Shown: one piece after another, positions 11,460 through 22,987 of the stretch | Layout of the letters: each line of letters starts with the position of its first letter | How positions within the stretch are numbered: position 1 is the stretch's first letter | Origin: Hydrolagus affinis | Lineage: Eukaryota | NCBI GenBank assembly: GCA_012026655.1 | Contig: JAAILG010000785.1 | Coordinates: 1-64,000 of the forward strand | DNA length: 64,000 nucleotides | Direction of reading: 5' to 3' | Position numbers and translations under genes: made by a program | Notes under the pieces: generated by a model | Databases searched by the model: none | What the model saw: only the letters and a program-made list of their open reading frames with translations | Told to the model about the DNA's origin: nothing

Positions 11460-11710
11460 TGAGGATCCCAGAGAAGTGTACCACACGCTAAATGGGATTG
11501 AGAAAGTAAACACAATCAGACTCGGGATAGGACAACAGGGCACAGATTCAGGGTGCATGAATTTCAAGGACAGACACCAGGTGCTTCTTTACTCAGAGGC
11601 TAATTAACACTTGGTGCTGGTTGAGACCAGGACATTGGACTTATTTAAGAAACAGCTTAATGCTGCAGTTTGAAGACAGTATGTTGGGAATTCTAAAGGA
11701 TGAGATAAGT
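11460..11710 (+). mobile_element. CR1 LINE 3' fragment
   Basis: Remnants of CR1 ORF2 end (EVY..LNGIEKV, TTGHRF, FFTQRLINTW, FKKQL). Confidence 0.65.
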
Positions 11711-11852
11711 GGGTTGAAGACACACCCAGATCTCTTTGGTGACAGAAATGATTGAAAGTGTCAAAGCTGGGGAGCTGGGGATTTGGCAATGCTCTCAGGC
11801 ATGTAACACTTTACTGTGTGGGGGAAAAAAGTGGGAAAGAAATACAATATAG

Positions 11853-11925
11853 GTGTATATCAGTAAGTTCACAAGTCAGGAGCTTGACATCAGTACTATA
11901 CCAAAGATATACTGTCCTCATACTC
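11853..11925 (-). ncRNA. Candidate structured RNA element, copy 3
   Basis: Core ACUGAUGUCAAGCUCCUGACUUGU; stem UUUGGUAU/AUGUCAAG; strong acceptor (AG at 11814-11815) 57 nt downstream. Confidence 0.4.
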
Positions 11926-12574
11926 GAGTCATTAACAGAGCTGAGACTTTGACAAATTAGTGAAATTGGTTTGTGGGGTCTTAGTCACAGCAATGTAGAA
12001 AGACATTTTGGGACTGACTGCATCTTTAACTCCTTCAAAAATGGAAGTATTAAAAAAAATTTAATCGAATGTTAGTGTGAGGTGATCATATCTTTAGAGA
12101 ATAATTTTCATTAAACTGGTGCAATTAATATTTTCTACAAAATCAAAACTGCACAAGTAGCTTTGGTAGCGACCTCCCTATTCACTCAAAGCACCAATGA
12201 CTCTCCCCTTGCCTCCCGCTTGCCTGGAGGTGCTGACCATGGGGACACTATTCCAAGAGTTTCTGATACCTTACCCTGACTCCATGTCTGTTCCTACTGA
12301 ACAGACATGGAGTGTTACTGGACAGTGGAGAACATTGCACCAGGTCCCAACCTCTCCACACGCGAGCAAGTAACCTGAACTGTATTCAGGCTGGTTGCTA
12401 AGCCGATCTCTAGCCGATGAGATGTTGAGGCATGTTGAAAGCTGCCTGTGCACCCTGGCGAACGTCACAAAAAATCAGTGCCCGTTAGGGAAGTGAGAAG
12501 CTGAGAGTACACTACTAATGGAGACATGTGCTGACTGTTGGTCAATCAAAACGGGGTAGGGTGTTGGGGTGAAA

Positions 12575-12642
12575 TGGGCAATGTTAGTAAGCTCACAAGT
12601 CAGGAACTTGGCATCAGTACTACACCAAGGCAAATCATTCCC
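12575..12642 (-). ncRNA. Candidate structured RNA element, copy 4
   Basis: 39/43 identical to copy 3; stem CUUGGUGU/AUGCCAAG; followed by TACTAAC and an acceptor (AG at 12535-12536). Confidence 0.4.
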
Positions 12643-15600
12643 AGGTTAGATTGACATTCCAGTTGATAGTTTACCTGAATCACATTGTATTAATGTTTTA
12701 CAAGAGAGAAAGGAAGAATTTGTGCATTTCATATGTTCCCTGTGTTTAAAATGAAAGCGAGTGGTTTATAAAACCAAAAAGCGATAGGGTGATGGTGTGG
12801 ACACAAATACAACTCCAGCTAGTATCAGCGTAACAATGCAGGTAATAAGCCACCATTTACAAACTGTTCCATCAGAGAGGTGAAGAGAAGGCATCCTTCT
12901 CAAATATCAACACTTAAACCACAGAAATCTACGCATCACCATCTACATATACAGCATTATTAGCACAATGGGCATCAGCCACAGGACACACCATAGACAA
13001 CTACTGTACAGAACCACAAAGAAGCATGGCAAGCTTGGCTTTACATCATGGAATCGCAAGCAACTAGTCAGCAATAGTGGGGAGAGCAGGGAAGAGGGCA
13101 CCAACTTACACTAATCACATTCCATATTCACTTTGTTCAATATACAGGGTTTGTAAGCAATAACACTAATAACAGTACTCTCCAAAAAAGGCTACATGTT
13201 CAATATGGAAGGTACTTTGTTCCAACAAAAGGACCAAACTGGGCCTTGGTACCTATTAGTCACCTAAAGGCTATAAGATATCCTGTCTGAGAAACATCCC
13301 AACATTCAAGATGATGTGAGACAAACAGTGATTGGCAACAAGCTGAAACAGAACCTGCTAAGAAACCCCATGATTCATTTTAGGCTGATTGTCTCTTTTT
13401 TTATTACACAAGAGAAAATGAGAGTGGGGAAGTGAGCTGCAGATGTGTATTGTCACTGCATGGCTAATCAGTGTTGATTTACCTCCTGATTACACTAGCT
13501 CTGGAGCCAGAATTTGATCCTTCACCGCTGATACTTACTGCTCAAGGTGAAAGCGAGTGCAACTAAATTAACTCAGTATTTAAATCTTTCATGATAAAGC
13601 AGTTTTTTCACATTAGTGAACAAAGGTGAAATTGCAGGTATCCTGTCTAGCATTTTAACAAACACCCCCACTCTAGCAGATTCTGTACAGATTTCATCAG
13701 ATTACTGCCTACTCTCACTTGTACGATACACATACTCTGTGAATGGAAAATGAATCACGGTTACAAAAAAACCTTTCTGCAATGGGTAGAAAATGTTAAT
13801 GAAATCCCTTGTGAAATCCTGTTGTTCTTTGCAGATTCACATGGATGTTGCTTTAATTCGTCTTTGAGGCATTTAAAACAAAATGTGTGTGGCCTTTGGG
13901 TGTGGCCAGTGTGTAAACATTAAGAGATCTGAACTCTCAGATTTATTGCAATATCTGTGTATGTGTGGGAGCGAGCGAGAGAGAGAATGACTGAATGACT
14001 GATCATCTCCAGAGGCTAAACAATCAGAATTAACTAGGGTCAGAAACAAATGAGCAACTCATCTACTGGCAATATTACAATCTGCATCTCTCATCTGTGG
14101 TCAGCAAGCATCAGCCACAGGCACAAGCACATGTGCTGCCATTGCAAAATAAATAAATTTAAATAATCCTTGTTTTGGATGCAGCCTCTTATGTCGAAAC
14201 TCTCAAAGAACTTCACAGAATGAATGACTTTGAAGCGCTCTGTGCTATGTACAGACAAAACAAAACGGCAGCTAATTGGAACCAGCAACACCACACTCAC
14301 ATAGCAAAGAGGTGAAGGGCTGAGCACTGAATTTATTTGCAGGAGAAATATCAGGTGAACTCTTCATCCCAAACGTGTATCATTAAAATCCACCTGAACT
14401 ATGGAACAGGTAGAGGACAGAAGAACAAAAAGCCCCAGAGTGTGGAACAAACTGTTTTGGAAATTTGGGTAAACGAACTAAGAGGGTCAGCGGTAAGCTA
14501 ACTACTGTTGGTAAGTAGGCCTAGTGGTAAGCTAAACTACTACTGTTGCCAGAGGGAGGGAGTATGGTGAGTGTGAGTTTGCTGACCTTTCAGCTGCTGT
14601 GGAAATGAAGCATAAAAAAACCGACCGACTATTTGCAAGACTGCCTTCAGGTGCTCCAGGAGACTGGGAATCCGAAATGGACTGGAGCTTTGCAACTTAG
14701 TCATTTTCTAATAAGCAAAAGAAAAAGATTATATCCAAGTAAACTAAGAAAGCGATATTTATATCAGAATACAACGTCGATTTGAACTCAGAATTCAAGC
14801 AGTAAACCTGTGCAATAATGTATGTGTCCTGTGGTTATTGGCAGAGTGTTTCAGTCACTAGTTCTGAGGTTTACTCTGGACACTTGCCCAGGAAATGTTT
14901 GTGTGAAACTGACAGACATGGTAGTTTGATTCAATCGTGTTGCTTTTTTTTCCTATATTTAATAAACTTTGCCACAAGACTCCAGAGAAATGAGGTAGGC
15001 GGTTACTTTCATTCCATCTTGAGTGTGGTCTCTTATCTCTTCATCAGCAAGCTACAATACCTCAGCCCAGGTGAACACACACTCTACTCTCTCTATGCTT
15101 TTCACCTAATGACAACATCACAGGCAGGAGTATTATACTGTCCAAACACTCCAGTGTTAGGTACGGAGTAAACCTCCTTCCTCTACCTTGGTAGACCAGT
15201 CAGAACCCACTAAAGCATATAATGCTATATAATGCTCTAGTTAGATACAGTATAAAGCTCCCTCTATCTCAATAGTGCACCTTAACCCCTACTTGAGAAA
15301 ACTCCTGCCATTTGTGTCAGCGTCATTTCCTGCACCGGCCATCATTGCTTTGCTAACGTAATAAACTGAATGGTATATGGGTTGGGTGAGCCTGAATTCT
15401 GCCATGGACAAGAGCAGTACAGTACATTTAGAACCCACAGGTTACTCAGATATGAACTAGATATTTTACACCACTCTTGTCATCTGACCATCCCCTGCTC
15501 TGGGAATCAAGCCCTACAAGTTTTAAACAAATCTACAAATATGAGTTACAAAACAAGACCCTGAGCACACGCTGATCCTGTGGGGCAGAATGCTGGCAGA

Positions 15601-17016
15601 CATAACACTGTCTGATCTCAGTGCCGCGTTTGTACATCTGGATGATATATCTCAAGTGTTAACTCGTAGAAAAAGGCTTTAGAAAAACCATGAGAATTGG
15701 TGCAGCACAGGTACAGGCACCTGGTTTCTATGACCCTGGAAATAGCAATAGCACTGGTGGTGGAACAAGAATTTGAGTCTGAAAAATCACAACAGTGACA
15801 AGTAACACTTAATCCTACTTCAAACAAACACCACGCAGGGAAAACTGAGTGGTTTGATGTTTAGTATTTGATGATCCTGAAGTGAAGTTCACAGCAGATG
15901 ATAAACAGGTGGAAGTTGTCTCCAGGTGGCTCGCCCCAGTCTCCCCATCAGTGAGAGTAAGCAGTGGCGCTAAAGATGTGATAGTTGCTATCAGGAGCAA
16001 CAAGACCAACGCTCCTTGCAAACCATTTGTTGCGTTCAGTTTTCGGCAGCATGGAAGCCAATGCACCTCCAGGAAGCCAGTCAGTCAGTCAGTCACACAG
16101 CACATCACAGTTATAAAAAAAACCTCACTCGATTCCCTAACAGCGAGATTCCCAGGCTCCCACATGCTTCTGAAACCGAGAAACTGAGCCAGTGTCTTGG
16201 ACCGACAGGATCAAAGGAGCTTCGGTCTGTGCACCTTTACTTGCCCTTTACTTGCAGATTAGTTAATGATTATCACTCAACTGTGATTCACTGTATGCAA
16301 GTCTCATGAAACCTCAATCAAGAAAATGGACTGCACAGCTGCTGGGCAGTAACGGAGATCAGATGCAGAATTTACTGAGAGAAAGTAATCTTTAAATCTC
16401 ATTGCTGAGCAGTTCTGGGCAAATATTGTACACGGCAGCTATTAATCCCACAGGGGAAATGCAGAGTGGAGCCCAAGCAGAGGTAGATCACCCAAACATC
16501 ACACTGAGTGCTGCTGTCCTGCTCTCAGCAAAGCAGGCAGATTATTGGCACCACTGAGAGGTATGCAGGATGTTCTCATTTTCTCATATTGAGGCAGGCA
16601 AAGTGGAATACTCAAAGGCAGCTGTAGGGACTATTATGCCTGTATTCTTAGATCCAATTTGGATTTCCAATAACAAACGAGTTGTTGATTGAACTCCCTG
16701 AAGCAGTTGGCTTGACTGTGCAGTTAAAGGTGATCGAGTTACCTTCACTTTGCCGGCTGTAATGTCTTTCCGAATGGCTAGGACAGTGTGGTTTGTTTCC
16801 CATGATACAGCACTACTGTTGCCGAGGACACACGAGAGCTCCCAGTGTAGCCCCGGGTCATCGCACTGCCACCACTCATCACACAGGCTGCCCTGCAACG
16901 CCATCCACTTAACCCTTCGAGGACAAACCACTCAAGCAATGGCCACTTTACTGAAAAATTCACACATCTCATGAGATGTCTGCTGTTGGTTGAAGCAAAG
17001 TCCTGGCTGGAGACAT

Positions 17017-17094
17017 TATTACATTATTGTTGATTGAACTCCCTGAAGCAGTTGGCTTGACTGTGCAGTTAAAGGTGATCGAGTATTACATTAT
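17017..17094 (+). repeat. 56-bp exact copy of 16683-16738 flanked by 11-bp direct repeats
   Basis: TATTACATTAT at 17017-17027 and 17084-17094 bracket TGTTGATTGAACT..GTGATCGAG. Confidence 0.92.
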
Positions 17095-17796
17095 AAGAGC
17101 ACTGAATCTAAAGCCAAGGTCCGTATCTCAGCTCATAGTGCTAACAAATCCAATTTACACTTATTCTGTGAAGCGCTTTGAGACGTCTAGAAGACTTGAA
17201 AAGCGTTTTATCAAATGTAATTATTATTATTTTTCCATATCAATAAGCAGATACTAGATAATTTTGAAATTATTATTATTATTTCAATAATTATTGAAAT
17301 TTGTTTGGATTAAATGCTAAGCACATTAGTGCGTCGTCAATTCAAAGCCATTGTAAATTGATGTTTCATTTTGGGGGTGGGGGGGATGTACAAGAGCTAA
17401 GTTAAGGTTCTGAGATTTACATTCTGTTTGTTGAGAATGGGAAAATCATACTGAGTGCTCCTGCTAAGTTAGATAAATTTACGGGCAGAAAATATATTTA
17501 AATTCTTTTAAATTTCTTTCTCCAATTTCTTTCTTTGCCACATCTTGCGCCTTTCCAGCCCAGGTTGGTACGGGCAGGCAGTTCAGTGCTAACCATCACA
17601 TTTACATGGTTCTCTACCTAGTCCTGTCATCGGAATATTTCTCTGTAGAGGCAGTCAGTGGGGACGGGCTGGGGTTTCAGGTTTACCTTCCACAGCTCTG
17701 CGGGAAGGTCAGATTTGGGGACTCTGCCTCAGTCGTTATGAATTCACATAACCTACCAATATTCACCGTCAAGTCTCCCACACGAGCAACAAATGC

Positions 17797-17818
17797 TTTA
17801 TTGATTTCAGTGTTTATT
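17797..17818 (-). terminator. Candidate XPR1 polyadenylation signals
   Basis: Two minus-strand AATAAA (17813-17818, 17797-17802) followed by GU-rich TTTGTTGCTCGTGTG, ~3.1 kb after the stop; another AATAAA at 18909-18914. Confidence 0.35.
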
Positions 17819-20800
17819 ATAGAGTTCTTTCGTATCATATTTAATATCCGTACGGTTGTGGATGCATTGAGGAACGTGAAAGAGCTGGCAGGAGGGGGAA
17901 AGAGCAAGTTTAACGTTAAACAAACTAATTCACGTGGCCCTGCCCACTTTCATTGCATAGAGCAGTACAGTTCTCGAAGGGTTAAATGGCTCCCACTTGC
18001 AAAAGAACAAGGAGGGAAGGAAATCTGTCTCCAGTCTCATCCCTAAAGGGTTCATACAACAGAACACTTCTGGGACAGAATGCAAGGAGCAAGCTTCACA
18101 ATTGCTGAGGCTAGATCCCAGCCCACCTCAGTGTTATGGGAAACTGAGTGGGTGCACACCTCACAGTGCCCACAGAATTAACAAAGTAGGATCTCCTCCT
18201 TTAACAACTACAGAGGAACCCAGTCACATGGTTAGAATTAACCTTGCAAGTATGGTCATCTCAACACTGAATGCACAGACTGAGTAATAGTCAGAGTTAA
18301 ACCACATTCCAATATGTTCAAAATTTTCAGTGTAAACTAATCATTCTGTGTCACCAATGCACCATTAAATTCAGAGCCTCATCCCCAGGTCACTCACTAC
18401 ATGAAAAAAACGCTCCCTGTAAATATATGGCACCTGAGCTGCAGAATATTGGCAATGCGTTTTATCTTGGTTTCATCTTCCCTCACACCCTGGCATTCAG
18501 GCTGTTAAAACTGGACTGCTATGTGGCTCGCTAAGTCTAACACTTTGTGGTGCTGAGTTAATTCTGAGCTGACTGTGAGTGTGCATTGTGCTCTGGTGTT
18601 GGTGCCAGTACAATGCATTACACATAATCCCCCTCAATACAGTGTTTATGTGAAATGCACCACCTCAGGGCACAGGTTACACCACAGGATCAGGAACCCA
18701 ACTAAGAGTCAGTGACTCCTCCCCGACACAGTGAATTCAGAAGATCAAGTTCATCTGTAAGGAGGAAGTGATATTACAATCTTTCACTTCCTCTTATTCT
18801 CAGTTCTGGTTAGTTTGCTAGTGGGCTAAAATTTCAATCCAAACCCCCGTCCCTCTCTGTTTTTGTGTGCGTCACAATTTGACTGAATCACATCTGTTTT
18901 GCGTACACTTTATTAACAAAAAGCATCAGGAATGTGAAATTCAGAGTTGACGGTACAAAATAAGCTTGTGCTGTGGCAGGTAGCAAGCCGAGGGTCGGTG
19001 CTAGCGAGGAGAATGGTAGCAACTTGGAGATATTTTGTCTTGGGTTTCTTTGATATTATATTCCCTACGAATGATTTATTCACCAAAAACTTTGATCATA
19101 TCGATGTTCTGCATTTGCACATTACAGATGCTCCTGTCATCCAATCCTGCCAAGTAAAATACACTTGTTTGGAAGGCCTGCAGGGCAGATCTCACGCAGA
19201 TTTGGGATCTGAGAATAGTTGGTAACCCATAACCCAACCATTCAAAATCCTTCCCCAGCCCCAAAGTCTCTAATACAGAGCAAGGTTTGGAGGTCGATGC
19301 CTGGATCTTGTCTTACCTTGATGTCTTCTTTATCTCAATGCTGAGGCACCAGGACTTTGGCCTTTCTCTTACAGTGGAGCCTACTTACGGTCATGCCAAC
19401 AGAAAGGTGTTAGGAGGAGCTTTCCCAGTGTTCCAAATCCAACCATATTAAACTGCAGTATTAAATAAAATCCTGTCTAGGATCAAAGTGGTGCACGAAC
19501 GTCAAAGCCATTAAATCACTGAACGTTCCCAACCCATCATTAATTTCAACAAGTGCTCAGCTCACTACTTCTGTAATTGGAATCTGACTCCACACTCGCA
19601 CTAAATTGTACATTGGGTATTTGGGAAGGGCTACTGAATAAATACAGGCAAGTAGATACTCCCTTTTTAAAGAAAAAAATGCAGTAACAAAATCTCTCTC
19701 TCTGTGTGGATGTTAACGTGGCAATGTAAGACTGATCTTAAGATGGCTCCACTGTCATATCAGGCGAGGTGCTTCCCAATCGTCCACCGGCAATCTTCCA
19801 CAAACTTCCACACAAGCTTCTGAAAGAAGCCCACTCCCATCTCCTGGCACAGACTGCTCTGAAAGCCTTCAGTCACCCACCCAGGTCACATTCCAGCTGC
19901 TATGGCCTGCTAATCCAGCAATGAATCAGCACTGGTTCCTATCAACTGGCACAAAGAATGGGAAATAAAATCAGCAGCCAGTCTTCCTGCAACAAATCCA
20001 ATGGGAATAGTGGGAATGGGTTTCGCCAAGATTATTATGTTCAATTTCCCTGCGAGATTTTCTACATTGTACAAACATCTGGAAATGGACCAGGATATGT
20101 AAGAACCGCAAGCATTGTATTTTGATGCATGGGGAAATAATGTAATTTGCTACATGCCTCCCTTACTAGATTCAGGTCAGAAAAATCTCTGACTAAATCT
20201 CCTGTAAAGTGGGAAACAGAGAAGTTATTTGTTGCAGCTGAAATGTCACTTGGGTGCTGTCTGGCTGCCATTTCAGGTGCCAGTTTCATTATAAGGAGAG
20301 TCCTAACTGTGGAAACTAGAACCTTTGGAGCTCCCTGCTCCCTGTTAAACAGAAGCCAACTGCTAAACCCAAACAAAAAATAATCCTCTAACATTAACAC
20401 GAAAAGATCGCAACATTGCACTGGAGATACGTTTTGCTTCATAAATAATATGGACAATTCCAATTGGAACAGAACAAATGCATATCAAAATGAAAAAAAA
20501 ACTTCACGTAGGAAGTATGAATAAGTGCACTTTCCCTGCAAGTGCCAACAGGGTCAGGAGCTGGTCAGATACGTGAGTGAACCAGTTTAGCCCAGCTTAA
20601 ACTGGCTCCAGCTTATTCTGAGCCTGAGAGAGAGAGAGAGAGCGCGCGAGAAAACAAAGTATTGTCCAGCTCAAAGTCTGTTCCATTTGATTTGATCCGT
20701 ACTGAGAAGATAAGAGAGATAGATGGATATTCCTGTAGTTGCAAATAGTCTTCAAAACTGGTTTGACTCGGTTTAAATTAATATCAGAAACAAAAAGAAA

Positions 20801-20905
20801 AAGAAAAGTGGAATTGAGTCTGTGTCCGGGCAGAGGAGCCAAGTGGCGTTCAGTGCCCGGTAAAACTGGAACGTGTCAATGACAGCGAGATGTCCGTGTC
20901 ACCTC

Positions 20906-20966
20906 TCATGTGAACGCCTCATCATCTGTGTCTTCGATCAACACATTTGTGTCCCTGGGTTTCAAT
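20906..20966 (-). CDS. XPR1: XPR1 last coding exon (15)
   Basis: Acceptor TTTCTGCCCCTCAG; [19 protein letters not shown]-stop, matching human [18 protein letters not shown]. Confidence 0.95.
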
Positions 20967-22049
20967 CTGAGGGGCAGAAACAGGTGGCATTAAGCATTTT
21001 GACCCAGAAATAGAATCGTAAACATTTACAGCACCGGAGGCCATTCAGCGCAGCGGCTTTGCAACCGGAAGCTGTACATTTAATCCCATTGCATCTCCCC
21101 TCATCTCCAGAACCCTTCAAATTTCTTTCATTCACCAATAATAATAATCCTTGCATTTGATATAGCGGCTTATTGCGTCTTCGAGGCATCTCAAAGCATT
21201 TCACAGAATACACTGTGAAGTGAATTGACTGTATATTTTGTGGGTGAAACGTGGCAGCAAATTGTGCACAGGAACTATCTATCTACTGTCTACTTTTCTC
21301 TCCAGCACCTTGTTTTGGAGCACTCTGAGATACAAGTAGTTCTTACTACTTAGCAGGACATCCACATCCTAGCAGAACTGTGAAAAATCCCCAAACAAAT
21401 TCCATCACTTTGCCAGCAGAGACAAACTTATCATCAGGAAACATCACAGAAACATGCATCATTTTTCACCTCAAGTGTCAAAACGTTTTATAGCAGGGGG
21501 TCAGGTGGTAAAAGCACTGTCCACGTGAGACAGGTCTCATCAAGTTAATCTTGGGATCATTGCCTTCAAATTTAGCCTCTAACAGAACTTTGAAAGATTG
21601 CATGTCTGTGTGGAGTTGACTGATCTCAGCTTTGATGGTAGCAAGAGATTTTCCAAACAGCTTCTTGAAGCTCATCCCAATATTAATAATGATTTGGTCA
21701 CTCAATTCACGGCTATTTGTGAGATACTGCAGTGCTCAATTGCCTGCTGGTTTCATTTTACAGTATATTCTGTGAAGCTCTGAGAATTCTTGCTATATCA
21801 AATGCAAGAATTATTATTATCTTATCCCTTCACATCTTCCCCCTTCACCCAAATCCAAATATACCTAATAGAAATTTCAAACAAGTTTTCAAAATAAATG
21901 ATTCCATTACTTCTTCCTGTGTGTTGTTGGTACCCAAAATAGGTCACACATACATCAGGATGGGGGTGAGGGGATAACCCACATTGCAGCAGTGGCAGAA
22001 AACCACCACTGGGTGTCAGTGATGCTATGAAGTCAAGGGGAAACAGTTG

Positions 22050-22170
22050 GTTCACACGGAGAGCAAAGTGAGTCATAGTGAAGGTGAGGGTAGTCATGGA
22101 GAGAGCAAGGGGGGCGGGGGCGGGCATGGAGGGAATGAGAGAAGTCATGGAGAGAGCAGGGCGAGTCAAT
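22050..22170. repeat. Purine-rich minisatellite
   Basis: Recurring AGTCATGGAGAGAGCA units. Confidence 0.65.
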
Positions 22171-22599
22171 TTGGTCCCAGTACAATTGTTAAGGTTCCAG
22201 TTTGTGACTTTTTCTTTCCAGCCAGTCTGCATTCCTCAGGCATTTCCTCAGGTTTGCCAGCCTGCTCCCCCCATACTGTCCTTCCCTTTCCTTCTATAAT
22301 CTGCTCTACCCATCATTCCCCTAACTGTCTTCCCGCAATTCCCCTCACTCTCTCCAATCTACTCTCCCATTAGTCTCTCCAGTCCCCTTCCCTCCAAGTA
22401 GTGTATCCGAGCCCGGTGTCATCTACATACAGTATCCACATACACACGTCATGGCTAGGGTCACTAGAGAACAATCAAGAAAGCTGGGTTCATTTCCTAA
22501 CCCCACCTCTTTGTCTTACATTTGTGTCCATCTAATTCAGCTGCCCATGAACAGGCCTGAGGTATTCAACCACAGAAAGATTAATTTGGAGCTTTCAAG

Positions 22600-22768
22600 T
22601 CATGGTGAAGTGATGGTGTGTAACGGACAGTGTGAGAATGAGTGAGAGCTGGTGTTATGTACAGTGAGGGGGTGGAGTGAAGGCTGATGTGTTATGTACA
22701 GTGTGTGAGGAATGAGGAGTATTGTGTTATATACAGTGAGAGGGAAGGAGTGAGGGGCTGTTACGTAC
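22600..22768. repeat. ~36-bp minisatellite abutting XPR1 exon 14 donor
   Basis: Units GTGTTATRTACAGTG..GGAGTGA..G, 4-5 copies. Confidence 0.75.
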
Positions 22769-22987
22769 ATTGGGCCGAGAGGTCTTCTCAGGGACATGCT
22801 ATAAGCGCGCTTCCACGCTTTCTGTTTCTGGCGGTTCCGGACTCCGTCCTCCTGATCCATCATTTGCTCCAAGAGTGTCTGGTCATCAGCGTTGAGCGGT
22901 GCCACAGAGATATCCCGGACAGCACGGAATTCACCACAGTTGTTCAGGTGCTCGTTCTCTAGACGGAAAAAATTCCACACAAAGCGC
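22769..22987 (-). CDS. XPR1: XPR1 exon 14
   Basis: [54 protein letters not shown]; 219 nt, phase 2-2; donor AT|GTACGT. Confidence 0.96.

Noticed and set aside
9290-12630. Four-copy motif as SECIS, hammerhead, canonical pre-miRNA or CRISPR repeat
   Set aside because: Helix too short and no selenoprotein for SECIS; CUGAUG is not followed by A and no conserved GAAA for a hammerhead; stems too irregular for Drosha; spacing 418/2156/724 nt in a vertebrate genome is not CRISPR-like.
15815-16187. Overlapping 83-101 aa ORFs considered as KIAA1614-like exons
   Set aside because: No recognisable homology and no consistent splice-phase chain.
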